DNA from: an uncultured Candidatus Rokubacteria bacterium
GTDB taxonomy: Bacteria > Methylomirabilota > Methylomirabilia > Rokubacteriales > CSP1-6
Reading direction: 5' to 3'
Assembly: GCA_963758635.1 (NCBI GenBank)
Contig: CAVWWD010000009.1
Location: forward strand, 1-64,000
DNA length: 64,000 bases
The notes under the pieces were generated by a model. It ran no database searches. It was not told the DNA's origin and saw only the letters and a list, made by a program, of their open reading frames with translations. Positions within the stretch are counted from its first letter, which is position 1. Each line of letters begins with the position of its first letter. Shown piece by piece: positions 10,942 to 22,853 of the stretch. Both the position numbers and the translations under genes were made by a program.

Positions 10942-12118
10942 ATGAGGCTCTCGGCGCGGGAGTGCTTGCCGGCGGATCGTGATGCGCTGCTGATCGGGCG
11001 GGCGTGGGCGCCGGCGGCGGGGGGGCCGTGCGTCATCGGGGTGAGGGGCGAGGACGCGGTGGACCTGACGGCCACGTGGCCCACCGTCAGCCATCTCCTG
11101 AACACGGCCAGCCCCGTGGACATCCGCGCCGTGATCCAGACCGCGCCGGTCCTCGCCGGGATGGACGCGCTCGTCGCCAACAGCGTCGAGGGCTCACGCG
11201 ACGCGGCCCGGCCGTGGCTCCTCGCTCCGAACGACCTCCAGGCCGTGAAGGCGAGCGGCGTGACGTTCGTGGCGAGCCTGCTCGAGCGCGTCATCGAGGA
11301 GCGCGCGCGCGGAAACCCCGCGCTGGCCGACGGGGTGCGGCGCGAGATCCAGGCCATCGTCGGCCCGGACCTCCGCGGCGTGAAGCCCGGGTCGCCCGAG
11401 GCGGCGCGCATCAAGGAGGTCCTCGTCGCGCAGGGCATGTGGTCCCAGTATCTCGAGGTGGGCATCGGCCCGGACGCCGAGCTCTTCACGAAGTGCCCGC
11501 CCATGGCCGCGGTGGGGCTGGGCGCGCGGGTGGGCATCCACCCGGCGTCGGTGTGGAACAACCCGGAGCCGGAGCTCGTCCTCGTCGTCAACGGCGCCGG
11601 GACGATCGTGGCCGTCGGCCCTCGGCAACGACGTGAACCTGCGCGACGTCGAGGGGCGCAGCGCGCTCCTCCTCGGGCGCGCCAAGGACAACAACGCCTC
11701 GTGCGCCGTGGGCCCGCTCTTCCGGGTGCTGGACCGGACCTTCGACCTCGACGCCGTGCGCCGCATCGACTTCGAGACCGTGGTGGAGGGGCCGGACGCC
11801 TTTCGCATCACCCATACCACGCACGTCGCCGAGATCAGCCGCGACCTCGCGGACCTCGCCGGCCAGGCGATCGGCCGTTTCCACCACTACCCCGACGGGC
11901 TGATCCTGTTCATCGGCACCATGTTCACGCCTCTCGACGACCGCGGCGCCCCCGGCAGCGGGTTCACCCACAAGGTGGGCGACGTGGTGCGCATCTCGGC
12001 GCCCGCGCTGGGCGCCCTCGTCAACGAGGTCGTCCACTGCGACCAGGCGGAGCCGTGGACCTTCGGCACCGGCGCCCTGATGGCGAACCTCGCGCGCCGG
12101 GGGCTTCTCAAGGGCTGA
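10942..12118 (+). CDS. Fumarylacetoacetate hydrolase family protein (frameshift near 11620)
   Basis: QAVKASGVTF, WNNPEPEL, NDVNLRDVEGRSALLLGRAKDNNAS, GFTHKVGD. Confidence 0.9.
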
Positions 12119-12146
12119 GGCCCGTGCGCGCCCCGATGGAGACACC

Positions 12147-13034
12147 ATGACCGAGCCGATCAACATCCAGTTCTCGCGCTTCTCCGCGTTCTACTCGCCG
12201 CTGATCGCCACCATGGCGGGCGGCTTCCTCGCCGAGGAGGGACTCGAGGGAAAGCATTCGGTGTCGCCCGTCGGCACCTCGGCCATCGCCGGGCTCGTGA
12301 ACGGCACCGTGCACGTGTGCCAGTCGGCGCCCTCGCAGGGCTTCGGGCCGCTCGAGAAGGGGCAGACGCCGCCCGCCGTGCACTTCGCGCAGATCAACGA
12401 GATGGACGGCTTCTTCCTCACCGGCCGCGCGGCCGCGCCGCGCTTCGCCTGGAACGACCTCCGTGGCAAGCGCGTCCTCGTGGATCACGGCGGACAGCCC
12501 CTCGCGATGTTCAAGTACGCCTGCCACAAGATGGGCCTGGACTACTCGGCGATGACGGCGGTGGACGTGCCGAGCGACAAGATGGACGCCGCCTTCCGCG
12601 CGGGCGACGGCGACTACATCCACCAGCAGGGGCCGGCCCCGCAGCAGCTCGAGCACGATGGCGCCGGGCACGTCGTGGCCTCGGTGGGCCAGGCCATCGG
12701 GCCGGTGGCGTTCTCGAGCCTCGCCGCCACCCGCGCGTGGCTCCAGACCGACACGGCCCGGCGCTTCATGCGCGCGTACCGGAAGGCCCGCGCCTGGCTC
12801 CTCGCCACGCCAGCCGCGCGCGTGGCCGAGGCGGAGGCCGCGTTCTTCCCCGGCATCGACCGCGGCGTGCTCGCCGCGACCATCGGCGCCTACCAGAAGC
12901 TCGGCTGCTGGACGCCCCATGTGGAGATCACCCGGCCGGCCTTCGAGGTCGCCCTGGACGTGTTCCAGCACTCGGGGCTGATCACGAAGCGCCACCGCTA
13001 CGAGGACGTGATCGCGCAGCCGCCGGCCGCCTGA
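12147..13034 (+). CDS. ABC-type substrate-binding protein (NMT1/TauA/SsuA-like)
   Basis: FSAFYSPL..GGFLAEEGLE, WNDLRGKRV pattern. Confidence 0.75.
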   Translation: MTEPINIQFSRFSAFYSPLIATMAGGFLAEEGLEGKHSVSPVGTSAIAGLVNGTVHVCQSAPSQGFGPLEKGQTPPAVHFAQINEMDGFFLTGRAAAPRFAWNDLRGKRVLVDHGGQPLAMFKYACHKMGLDYSAMTAVDVPSDKMDAAFRAGDGDYIHQQGPAPQQLEHDGAGHVVASVGQAIGPVAFSSLAATRAWLQTDTARRFMRAYRKARAWLLATPAARVAEAEAAFFPGIDRGVLAATIGAYQKLGCWTPHVEITRPAFEVALDVFQHSGLITKRHRYEDVIAQPPAA

Positions 13035-13057
13035 CGCCGGGCCCGGAGGCCACGCGA

Positions 13058-13534
13058 GTGGACACGACGAGGCTCCGCGGTGAGGTGGAGTCCTTCCAGC
13101 ACTTCATCTTCAACACGATCGACTCGATCGTGGGCGCGCTGGACGGCCTGAGCGCGGACCAGCTCAACTGGCGGCCGGACGCGCCGGACACGAACAGCCT
13201 CTACGCCATCGCCACGCACGTGCTCGGCAACGCCGAGGAGAATCTCCTCGGGACGCTGTGCGGGCAGCGACATGGTCGGCACTACGCCACCGAGTTCACG
13301 GCGACGGCGCCGACCCCCGACGCGATCCGCGCGCGCTGGGCGGAGCTGCGCCAGCGCGTGGCGACGAGCCTCGCCACCCTCACCCCCGCGGACCTGGACA
13401 GCGGACGCCAGCATCCGCGCCGCGGCGTCATCACCGGCCGCGACGTGCTCGTCGTGGTGGCCCGCCACGCCGCCGAGCACTGGGGCGAGGTCCAGCTCAC
13501 GCGCAGCCTCATCAAGGCCGCCGCCGCGCGCTGA
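13058..13534 (+). CDS. DinB family protein
   Basis: QLNWRP..NSLYAIATHVLG..RHAAEHWGEVQLTR. Confidence 0.85.
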   Translation: MDTTRLRGEVESFQHFIFNTIDSIVGALDGLSADQLNWRPDAPDTNSLYAIATHVLGNAEENLLGTLCGQRHGRHYATEFTATAPTPDAIRARWAELRQRVATSLATLTPADLDSGRQHPRRGVITGRDVLVVVARHAAEHWGEVQLTRSLIKAAAAR

Positions 13535-13629
13535 CGGGCGCGTCCCGTCGGTTGACATGCGGAAGACGTGTGTGATGATCGCCTTCAACCGCACTCCTCG
13601 GCGACACCCACGACAAGGAGACCGAGAAC

Positions 13630-13938
13630 ATGCCTGACGTGCTCACCGTGGTGGCGAAGATCCGGGCCGCGAAGGGAAAGGGCGACGCGCTCGCCGCGCT
13701 CCTCAAGGAGCAGGTGGCGGTGGTGCGCGCGGCCGAGCCAGGCTGTCTCGTGTACCGGCCCCACCGTTCCACGAAGGATCCCGACGCCTTCATCTTCTAC
13801 GAGCAGTACAAGGACGACGCCGCGTTCGACGCCCACCGCAAGGCGCCCCACCTCGCCGCCTACCGCGAGCGCCGCGAGAAGGAAGGGCTCGTCGAGGGCG
13901 CGCCCGAGGTCGAGATCTACCGCTCCGTCACCGACTGA
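13630..13938 (+). CDS. Antibiotic biosynthesis monooxygenase / putative quinol monooxygenase
   Basis: EPGCLVY..FIFYEQYKDDAAFDAHRKAPH; AAGGAG RBS. Confidence 0.9.
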   Translation: MPDVLTVVAKIRAAKGKGDALAALLKEQVAVVRAAEPGCLVYRPHRSTKDPDAFIFYEQYKDDAAFDAHRKAPHLAAYRERREKEGLVEGAPEVEIYRSVTD

Positions 13939-13980
13939 CCCCGAGGAGATCCGTCGCTCCGTCACCGACGGACCGGGAGG
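13912..13980 (+). repeat. Imperfect 34-nt tandem duplication of the ABM gene 3' end
   Basis: GAGATCtacCGCTCCGTCACCGACtGACC repeated as GAGATCcgtCGCTCCGTCACCGACgGACC. Confidence 0.8.
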
Positions 13981-13988
13981 AGGACCCC

Positions 13989-15250
13989 ATGGCTCACACC
14001 TCGACGACGAGGCGGCCGGCGGCGCTTGCCGCGGCCCTGGCACTGCTGCTCCTCACCGCGGTTCCCGCTCTCGCCCAGACACCCGCCGCTCCCGCCGCGC
14101 CTCCGAAGGAGGAGGAGCCGCCGTTCTGGGCGATCGGCAAGCCCAAGACGGGCCCCGGCGCGCAGATGGCGCCGGTGCCGGCGCTGCCGATCCCGACGCC
14201 GGCCGACAAGCTGCCGCATCGCGAAGATGAAGCTGCCGCCCGGCTTCAAGGCCGAGGTGTTCGCGAGCGAGATCCTCGACGCGCGCGGCATGCGCCAGGG
14301 CGACAAGGGCACGGTGTTCGTCAGCTCGCTGTTCGTGGCGGGCAAGCTCTACGCGATCGTGGACAAGGGCGGCAAGCGCGAGGTGAAGATCATCGCCGAG
14401 AAGCTGATGCTGCCCGAACGGCATCGAGTTCCACAAGGGCTCGCTCTACGTGGCGACGCCGAAGGACGATCACGCGCTACGACAACATCGAGGACAAGCC
14501 TGGACAAGCCGCCCGACGCCGGTGATGATCTACGACAAGCTGCCCGGCGACGTGCCGCACGGCTGGAAGTTCATCAAGATCGGGCCGGACGGGAAGCTCT
14601 ACGTGCCGGTCGGCGCGCCCTGCAACATCTGCGAGCCGGCGGAGCAGTACGCGCAGATCCGGCGGATGAACCTGGACGGCACCGGCGTGGAGATGGTGGC
14701 GCGCGGCGTGCGGAACACGGTCGGCTTCGACTTCCACCCGCAGACCGGCGAGCTGTGGTTCACCGACAACCAGCGCGACTGGCTCTCGGAGGACCTGCCG
14801 CAGGACGAGCTGAACCGCGTCACGAAGCCGGGCAGCAGCACTTCGGCTACCCGTTCTGCCACCAGGGCGACTTCGCCGATCCGGAGTTCGGCTGGGGCAA
14901 GAGCTGCGAAGACTACGTGAAGCCGGCGGCGCTGCTCGGCCCGCACTCCGCGCCGCTCGGCATGCGCTTCTACACGGGCAAGATGTTCCCGGCGAAGTAT
15001 CAGAACGCGATCTTCATCGCGCGCCACGGGCCGTGGAACCGCACCAAGAAGTACGCGGCGCGACGTCGTCGTGGCGTGTCCTCGACGCAGAGCGGCAACG
15101 TCGAAGTCGGTGGAGCCGTTCCTCACCGGCCTGGTCGAGAACAACGCGTACCTGGGCCGGCCGGTGGACGTGCTGGTGATGAAGGACGGCTCGCTGCTCG
15201 TCTCCGACGACCACAACGGCGCCGTCTACCGCATCACGTACTCGAAGTGA
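13989..15250 (+). CDS. PQQ-dependent sugar/sorbosone dehydrogenase-like beta-propeller, secreted (several frameshifts)
   Basis: Signal peptide; KLPPGFK, HGWKFIKIGPDGKLYVPVGAPCNIC, GVRNTVGFDF, GPHSAPLG, GRPVDV..DGSLLVSDD. Confidence 0.85.
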
Positions 15251-15259
15251 CCGGCCGCG

Positions 15260-15294
15260 GCGGGTCGAGGGCGGCGCGCCTGCCCTCGACCCGC
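15260..15294. terminator. GC-rich hairpin after the dehydrogenase gene
   Basis: GCGGGTCGAGGGC..GCCCTCGACCCGC 13-bp stem; weak U-tract. Confidence 0.5.
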
Positions 15295-15346
15295 GCCGCT
15301 GTTTCCAGGGCGCGGGCGCCCGGGCTTCGCCCGCCCGCACCTCGCG

Positions 15347-15943
15347 TGGGATCGACGCGAGACGCCGTGGCTCCTCCCGATCGTCGTCTTCGCCATCATT
15401 GTCCTCACGGCGGGATCGCCGGCCGCCGCGTCCATCGACGAGCGCCTGGCCTCGTGCCTCGCGTGCCACGGCGCCTCCGGCCAGTCCGTGATCCCCGAGA
15501 CGCCGTCCCTCGGCGGCCAGCCCGCCTTCTTCGTGATGGCGCAGCTCGTCCTGTTCAAGCAGGGCACGCGCAACAGCGCGATCATGACCGAGGCGGTGAA
15601 GCCCCTCTCCAACGCGGACATCCGGGAGCTCGCCGAGCGCATCACGCGGCTCGTCCCGCCGCCCGCTCCGGCGGAGCCGCCCGACGCGGCGCGCGCCGCG
15701 CGCGGGAAGGCGCTGGCCGCGCGGCACAACTGCGCGGTGTGTCACAACCCCGACTTCTCGGGCCGCGAGCAGATGCCGCGCCTCGCGAACCAGCGCGAGG
15801 ACTACCTCGTCAAGGCGATGCGCGAGTACAAGAGCGGCGCGCGCGTCGGCTGGGGCGGGACCATGGCGCAGGAGCTGGTGCCGCTCCACGACGCCGACCT
15901 CGAGGACCTCGCACACTTCCTGGCGCGCCTGCCGCCTGAGTAG
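15347..15943 (+). CDS. Di-haem cytochrome c (c4-like); start approximate
   Basis: Signal-like N-terminus, CLACH and CAVCH, PRLANQREDYLVKAMREYK. Confidence 0.85.
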   Translation, partial: WDRRETPWLLPIVVFAIIVLTAGSPAAASIDERLASCLACHGASGQSVIPETPSLGGQPAFFVMAQLVLFKQGTRNSAIMTEAVKPLSNADIRELAERITRLVPPPAPAEPPDAARAARGKALAARHNCAVCHNPDFSGREQMPRLANQREDYLVKAMREYKSGARVGWGGTMAQELVPLHDADLEDLAHFLARLPPE

Positions 15944-16007
15944 CTGCTCGGCCGGTGCCGGAGTAGCAGCCCAGCTGACGCCAGGCCGTCGGAGGCGCGC
16001 CGTCCGC

Positions 16008-16833
16008 ATGCACGCCGACGAGGACAGCGCATACGTCACCGGATACCCGCGCATCACGAGACGGTCCGCCGGGCCTTCACCGTGCAGGCCCCGCAATGGG
16101 CCGAGGCATGGGCGGCGGAGGTCTCGCCGCTCCTCCGCTGGCTCGTCGAGCACGCGGAGCCCCGGCCCGACTGGAACGTGCTGGACGTGGCCGCGGGCAC
16201 CGGCCTCCTCGGGCGCGCGGTCGCGCCATTCGTGGCCGCGGTGACCGCGCTGGACCTGACACCGGCGATGCTCGAGCGGGGGCGCCAGGAAGCCGCCCGG
16301 CGCGGCATCGCCAACATGAGGTTCGTCGAGGGCATGGGCGAATCGCTCCCGTACGCCTCGGACACGTTCGACCTGGTGGCGACCCGGTTCTCCTTCCACC
16401 ATGCCTCGGAGCCCGAGGCGATCCTGCGGGAGATGATCCGCGTCTGCCGTCCCGGCGGGCGCGTCGCGGTGATCGACATGCTCGGCTCCCGAGGACCGGA
16501 CGCTTGGCCGATCGCTACAACGACCTCGAGCGCCTGCGGGACCCGTCGCACACGTGGGCGCTCACGCCGGCCGAGTGGGGTGCGCTGTTCGACCGGCCGG
16601 CCCTCGCGCGTCTCGGCGCGCACGCCGCCGACTTCGAGCAGGACCTCGCCGGCTGGCTCCAGACCATGCCGCCGGGCGACGCGCCCGCGGCGACCATCCG
16701 CGAAGCGCTCGAGCAGGATCTCGCCGGCGGGCCGGCCACCGGCATGCGGCCGGGGCGCCGCAACGACCGGCTGTTGTTCATGCACACCTACGCCGTGGTC
16801 CTCACCGTCAAGCAGGAGGGCATGCAGCCGTGA
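16008..16833 (+). CDS. Class I SAM-dependent methyltransferase (frameshifted)
   Basis: VLDVAAGTG, RFSFHH, RVCRPGGRV, RDPSH. Confidence 0.85.
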
Positions 16834-17606
16834 CCGCTCCCAGTCATCGCGACCTCATCGTCGACCAGTTCACCCGGCAGGCCACGCCGTTTTCCACCGC
16901 CCACACGATCGCCAACGAGGACGCGCTCAGGCTCCTCGTGGAGGCGTGCGGCGCCGGGCCGGACGACACGGTGCTCGACGTGGCGTGCGGCGGCGGCCTC
17001 GTGGTGTGCGCGTTCGCGCAGGTCGTCCGGCGGGCCGAGGGCATCGACATCACGCCGGCCATGCTGGACCGCGCCCGCGCGCTCGCCGCGGAGAAGGGCC
17101 TCACCAACACGGCCTGGCGCCAGGGGGACGTGACGCGGCTGCCGTATCCCGACGCGTCGTTCTCGATCGTGACCTCGCGGTTCACGTTCCACCACTTCCA
17201 GGATCCGCTCGGCGTGCTGCGCGAGATGACGCGCGTGTGCGCCCCGGGCGGCCGCGTGGCGGTGGTGGACACCGACGCCTCGGCGGATCCCGCGAAGGCC
17301 GCCGAGTTCAACCGGATGGAGATCCTGCGGGACCCGTCTCACGTGCGGGCGATGCCCGGCGCGGAGCTCACCGGTCTCTTCGCGGCGGCCGGCCTGCGGG
17401 AGCCCCGCCGGCTCTCCTACGAGCTGCGCGACAACCTGGAGAGCCTGCTCGAGCGCTCGTTCCCGAATCCCGGGGACGACGACAAGATCCGCGCCCTCTT
17501 CCGCGCCTCGGCCACCGACGACCGCCTGGGCATCCCGATCCGCCTCGAGGGCGAGACCATCCACTACGCCTACCCCGTCGCCGTCCTCGTCGCCGATCGC
17601 CGGTGA
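16830..17606 (+). CDS. Class I SAM-dependent methyltransferase, paralogue of previous gene
   Basis: VLDVACGGG, RFTFHH, RVCAPGGRV, RDPSH; GTGA overlap. Confidence 0.9.
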   Translation: MTAPSHRDLIVDQFTRQATPFSTAHTIANEDALRLLVEACGAGPDDTVLDVACGGGLVVCAFAQVVRRAEGIDITPAMLDRARALAAEKGLTNTAWRQGDVTRLPYPDASFSIVTSRFTFHHFQDPLGVLREMTRVCAPGGRVAVVDTDASADPAKAAEFNRMEILRDPSHVRAMPGAELTGLFAAAGLREPRRLSYELRDNLESLLERSFPNPGDDDKIRALFRASATDDRLGIPIRLEGETIHYAYPVAVLVADRR

Positions 17607-17640
17607 CCCGGGCGGGGCGGGCGCGGCGCCGGCCGGACGC

Positions 17641-18835
17641 GTGATGCGGATCGCGCTGCCGCCCGAGGCGGCCCGCGCACGCGACGAGGCGCGCCGGCTC
17701 GTCGAGTCCGAGCTGACGCCGCACGATCGCGCGATCGAGGAGACGGGACAGATCCCCGCGCCCGCCGTCGAGTGCCTGCGCCGGGCCGGGTTCTTCGGGC
17801 TGAACACGCCCCGCGAGCACGGCGGACAGGGGCTCGACATGCTCGCCACGTGCGCCGCCATCGCCGAGCTGGCGCGCGCTCACATCGCCTACTACTACAT
17901 CGCCGGCGTCAACGTGCACCTGGCCTCCAAGGGCATCGAGCTCGACGGCAACGACGCGCAGCGGCGCCGCTGGCTGCCCGAGCTGGCCAGCGGCCGCATG
18001 ATCGGCGCCTTCGCGCTCACGGAGGCCGAGGCGGGCTCCGACGCCGCCGGCGTGCGGACCACCGCCGTCCCGGACGGCGACCACTGGGTGCTGAACGGCC
18101 GCAAGCGCTACATCACGAACGCGCCCGTCGCCGACCTGTTCACGGTGTTCGCCACGAGCGCGCCGGGCCAGGGCTCGCGGGGCATGACGGCGTTCGTGGT
18201 CGAGCGGGGACGCCGGGGCTCGGCATCGGTGAGATCAACCGCATGGCGGGCGGTCCACGGCTCGCTGCACGCTGAGGTGATCCTCACCGACTGCCGCGTG
18301 CCGGCGAGCCACGTCATCGGGACGCCGGGCGATGGCTTCGGCACCGCCATGCGCTGTCTGAACGCCGGCCGCGTGATCTGGTCGGCCTACTCGGTGGGCG
18401 CGGCCGAGCACCTGCTGGACCTGGCCATCGCCCACGTGACCACGCGGCGGCAGTTCGGGCGCCCCCTGGCCGACAACAGGGGCTCCAGTGGCAGCTCGCG
18501 GACATGGCCGCCGACCTCCAGCGGCGCGGCTGGTGGCCCACGACGCCGCCGTGCGCTACGACGGCGCTCCGGAGCAGCGTGCCGAGATCGGCGCCATGGC
18601 CAAGCTGATCGCGGGCGAGATGGCCTTTCGCGTGGCCGATCGCACGCTCCAGCTCTTCGGCGGGGCGGGGTACTCGACGGCGCTGCCGATCGAGCGGATC
18701 TGGCGCGACCTGCGCGTGATCCGCATCCTGGACGGCACGTCGGAGATTCTCAGGACGATCGTCGCGCGCCACGTGCTGGCCGGGCCGCGAGGCCGAGCGA
18801 CTGACGCTTTCAGGCGGTGCGGAGCTTCTCGATGA
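17641..18835 (+). CDS. Acyl-CoA dehydrogenase (frameshifted; end approximate)
   Basis: FALTEAEAGSD, NGRKRYITNA, RRQFGRP, QLFGGAGY, RILDGTSEI. Confidence 0.9.
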
Positions 18836-19909
18836 CCTTTGGGTCGGGGTCCACGCCGAGGCCGGGGCCCTGGGGCACGCGGATGCGCCCGTCCTTGGTG
18901 GGCTGGATGGCGTCGCCCATGGGGTCCTCGGCGAAGTCACAGTAGTAGCGCTCGACGAGCGAGCCCTGGGGCATCGCCGCGATGCAGTGGATCGACGCGA
19001 TGAGCCCCGGGCCGAAGTACGCGGAGTGCGGCACCACCGTGACGCCGAACATCTCGGCGAGCGTGATGACCCGCCGCATCTCCGTCACGCCGCCGATCTT
19101 GGTCACGCTCGGCTGCGCGTAGGAGATGGCGCCCGCCTCGCACGCGCGGCGGAAATCCCACACGGTCCCGTAGTTCTCGCCCGCCGCGGTGGGGATGCCG
19201 CCCCGCGCGCGCACCTCGGCCAGCCCGGCCACGTTCTCGGGCGGCCACACCGGCTCCTCGAGCCACGTGAGATCGTAGGGCGCGAGCCGGCGCGCCATCT
19301 CGAGCGCTTCCGTCACCGTCCACGGGCAGTTGGTGTCGACCATGATCGGCACGCCGGGCCCGGCGGCGTCGCGCGCCGCCTTCACCTCCGGCACGGTGAT
19401 CTCGTGGAGCTTGATGTGCCGGTAGCCGCGGCTCATCGCCTGCTCCGTGTACCGCGCCACCGACGCGGCCTTGCCGTAGCGCAGGAGGCTCGCGTACGCG
19501 GGCAGGTCGGCGCGAGGGCTGCCGCCGAGCAGCCGGTAGAGCGGCAGCCGGCGGCCTTTCCCGCGATGTCCCAGAGCGCGATGTCGATCCCGGCCATCGC
19601 GTAGACCGTGGGACCGTTCCGGCCGATGCCGTGGAGCGTCCGCTGGAGGTCCTCGCTGATCGCGGCGATCTGGCTCGCGTCGCGCCCGACGCACATGGGC
19701 CCGAGCACGGTGTCGATGGCCGCCCGCGTCGCGGGGAAGATGCGATGGCCGAACGCCTCGCCCCACCCCGTGATGCCCGCGTCGGTGTCCACGCGGACCA
19801 GGAGCATGTCGATCGCGGTCCGCGGCCGGCCGCCCTGCATGGGCACCGCGCCGGCGTCGATCACCATCGGCATGGTGACGACGATGGTCTCGATCCTGGT
19901 GATCTTCAT
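18810..19909 (-). CDS. Mandelate racemase/muconate lactonizing enzyme family (frameshift near 19550)
   Basis: GITGWGE, GIDIALWDI, MVDTN, WLEEP, AAGEN, PQGPGLG. Confidence 0.9.
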
Positions 19910-19918
19910 GGCGGCCCG

Positions 19919-20776
19919 TCAGCCGTTGAGGCCGAGCTCGCGCCCGGCGTCGGCGGCGAAGCGCTCGAGGGCCGCCGCGTCCATGTCCGGCCGCGGCCGC
20001 AGCACCAGCCGGCTCACGCCGAGCGCGGCGTAGGCGTCGCGCGTCGCCCGGTCCGGCACGTCGTAGCCCGGCGGCGTCACGCTGATCTCGAGCGCGCCGA
20101 GCTCGGCGGGCCGCTGGACCTTCTTGGCCACCTCGCGGATGTCGCCCAGGAGCTTCTCCGTCGTCGCCACGTCCAGGCCGAAGCCGTACCAGCCGTGCCC
20201 CTGCATCACGGCGCGGCGGTACGCCGGCGCGGAGCGACCACCCACGACGATGGGCGGCGTCGGCGTCTGCACGGGCCGCGGCATCGCCTGGACGCCCTCG
20301 AACGACACGTAGGGGCCGCGGTAGGCGGGCTTCGCCTGCGTCCACACCGCGCGCATCGCGGCCAGGTAGTCGTCGGCGACGCGCCCCCGCTCGGCGAACG
20401 GGGCGCCGGTCGAGCGCATCTCCGGCTCGCACCAGCCCACGCCCAGCCCGAACACGAGCCGCCCGTTGGAAAGCACGTCGAGCGAGGCGAGCTGCTTGGC
20501 CAGGACCACCGCCTGCCGCTGCGGCAAGATGATGACGCCGGTGGCGAGCAGGATCCGCGTGGTGTGCGCGGCCAGGAACGTCAACGAGACGATCGGGTCG
20601 AGCAGGCGCATGTCCGAGGCCATGGGCCGCCCCGCCATCGGCGGATCGGGCAGCACGACGTGGTCGGCCACCCAGAGCGACTCGAATCCCGCCGCCTCGG
20701 CGGCCCGCGCGAACCGCGCGCCGGCCTCCGGATACGCGCAGGTGTGGAGGTTCACCGAATGCAGTCCGTACTTCAT
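19919..20776 (-). CDS. LLM-class (luciferase-like, probably F420-dependent) oxidoreductase
   Basis: AEAAGFESLWVADH, LAKQLASLDVLSNGR..GVGW. Confidence 0.9.
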   Translation of the reverse strand: MKYGLHSVNLHTCAYPEAGARFARAAEAAGFESLWVADHVVLPDPPMAGRPMASDMRLLDPIVSLTFLAAHTTRILLATGVIILPQRQAVVLAKQLASLDVLSNGRLVFGLGVGWCEPEMRSTGAPFAERGRVADDYLAAMRAVWTQAKPAYRGPYVSFEGVQAMPRPVQTPTPPIVVGGRSAPAYRRAVMQGHGWYGFGLDVATTEKLLGDIREVAKKVQRPAELGALEISVTPPGYDVPDRATRDAYAALGVSRLVLRPRPDMDAAALERFAADAGRELGLNG

Positions 20777-20796
20777 CGTCGTCTCCTTCTTCCTCG

Positions 20797-20910
20797 CTCT
20801 CCCTCCAGGGAGAGGGTGGGGTGAGGGTCGGTCGTGCTATCTCGCGGGCGGACGTGCCGCGTGCTCGTGCAACCGCCCCTCACCCTACCCTCTCCCCAGA
20901 GGGGAGAGGG
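20797..20910. repeat. BoxC/REP-like element with two inverted arms, copy 3
   Basis: CTCTCCCtccaGGGAGAGGGtggggtgagggtcggtcgtgc..CCCCTCACCCTACCCTCTCCCCagaGGGGAGAGGG. Confidence 0.85.
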
Positions 20911-20916
20911 AAAGAT

Positions 20917-21288
20917 TCAGGGCGCCGTCCAGGCGGCCCAGGCCAGGGCGATCCAGCCGAGGATCAAGGCCACGCCGCCGAGCGGCGTGATGGCGCCGAG
21001 CCACTTCTGACCGGTGAGCGCCAGCAGGTAGAGCGTGCCAGAGAACACCGCCGTGCCCGCCACGAAGAGCGCGCCGGCGGCGACCACCGCCGGGCCGGGC
21101 CAGCGCGTGTAGCGCCCACGCGACCGCGAGCAACGCGAGGGCATGGTACATCTGGTAGCGCACGCCCACCTCGAAGACGCCGAGCATGTCGGGCGTCAGC
21201 CGCCCGCGCAGGCCGTGGGCGCCGAACGCGCCGAGGATCACGGCCACCCGGCGGAGAGCGCGCCGAGCACGAAGAACGTGCGCGTCAC
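20917..21288 (-). CDS. DUF423 (YgdD/TMEM256) membrane protein (frameshifted)
   Basis: [33 protein letters not shown]. Confidence 0.9.
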
Positions 21289-21307
21289 GTCCGCGGGCGT
21301 TTCCCGG

Positions 21308-22853
21308 TCACGCGGCCCCCTTGGGATCGCCGATCCGCCACGCGGGTACCGGCCGCGCGAAGCCCTTGAGCGTGAGCGGCCCGACGGGGTCGAGCGAGGC
21401 CAGGTCTTCGATGACCGCGGCCACGCGCTGAGAGACCAGGATCTCGTCGGGCCGCGCCTCCGCGCAGAGCCGCGCGGCGAGGTTGGTGACGGTGCCGATG
21501 GCGCCGTAGTCCCACCGCCCCTCGAAGCCGATCGCGCCGATCGTCGCGTAGCCCTGCGCGATCCCGACGCCGTGGCCCAGATCCCGGCCGCGGCGGCGCC
21601 AGCCCGCGGCGAGCCGCGGACCCGCTCGCGCATGGCGAGCGCCATCCGCACCGCGCGCGCCGGCGGTCGGGCACGGGCACCGGATCGTTGAAGAACACCA
21701 TCATGCCGTCGCCGGTGAAACCGCTCCAGCGTGCCCTCGTGCGCGAGGACGAGCTCGCCCATCGCCGAGTGATACTCGCGCAGCACGCCCATGACCTCCT
21801 CCGGCTCCGCCGTCTCCATGAAGGCGGTGAACCCGCGGAGGTCGAGGAAGGCCACGGTGATCTCCCGCCGGTGCGTGCGCAGCGGATCCTCCGCGCCGCC
21901 GGCCACGATCAGCTCCGCGAGCTGAGGCGAGAAGAAGCGCTTGAGCCGCGAGAGACGCTCGAGCTGGGCGACCTGCTCGCGCACGCGCTCTTCGAGCGTC
22001 CGGTTCCAGTCGGCCAGCTCGCGCCGCAGCGCGGCCTCGCGGTCGTGCAGCCGCTTCTTCTCCAGGCAGGCGCCGATGCGCGCGCGCAGCAGCACCGGCT
22101 CGAAGGGCTTGGCCAGGTAGTCCTCGGCGCCCAGCTCGATGCAGCGCACGACGCTGCCCAGCTCGTCGAGCGCGGAGATCATGAGCACGGGCACGTCGCG
22201 CGTGCCCGGGTCGGCCTTCAGCCGGCGGCAGCACCTCGTAGCCGTCGATGCCCGGCATCATGACGTCGAGGAGCACGAGATCGACGGGCGCCGGACGCCA
22301 CCGCGGCCAGCGCCTCGGCGCCGTCGCCGCGCGGTCCGGACCGCGTAGCCCTCGCGCGCGAGACGCCGGCCGAGCAGGTCGCGGTTGCCCTCGTCGTCGT
22401 CCACCACGAGGACCGTCCCGCGCGGGTCGTCGCCGTCGGGGGCACGCCGCCGCGTCCGCCGTGGCGCCCGCCGCTCGCCCGGGCCCGGCGAGCCGGAGCA
22501 GCGTGGCCAGGCTGCGGGCGGCGCGGCGATCCGCGCGAGGTCGGGCGCGGCGGTCCCGGCGCCCGGGGCAAGCGACACCGCCGACGCCAGGATGCGCGAG
22601 AGCGGCGCCGAGACGTCGGCGCCGAGGCGCGGACAGGTCCAGCGCCTCGGCATCCTGGCCCGCGCGGAGCCAGGCGCTGGTTGACGACGGTCAGCACGTG
22701 CTTGGCGTCGGCCACGATGGCCCGAAGGCCGTCGGCGCTCGGCCCCGCGTCCGTGCCCGTCTCCTCGAGCAGCATCTCGCCGTAGCCGATGATGTGGTTG
22801 AGCGGCGTGCGGAGCTCGTGCCGGAGCCGCGCGTGCTCGGACGGGCTGCTCAC
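21308..22853 (-). CDS. HisKA-REC-class III adenylate/guanylate cyclase (frameshifted)
   Basis: [64 protein letters not shown]. Confidence 0.85.
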
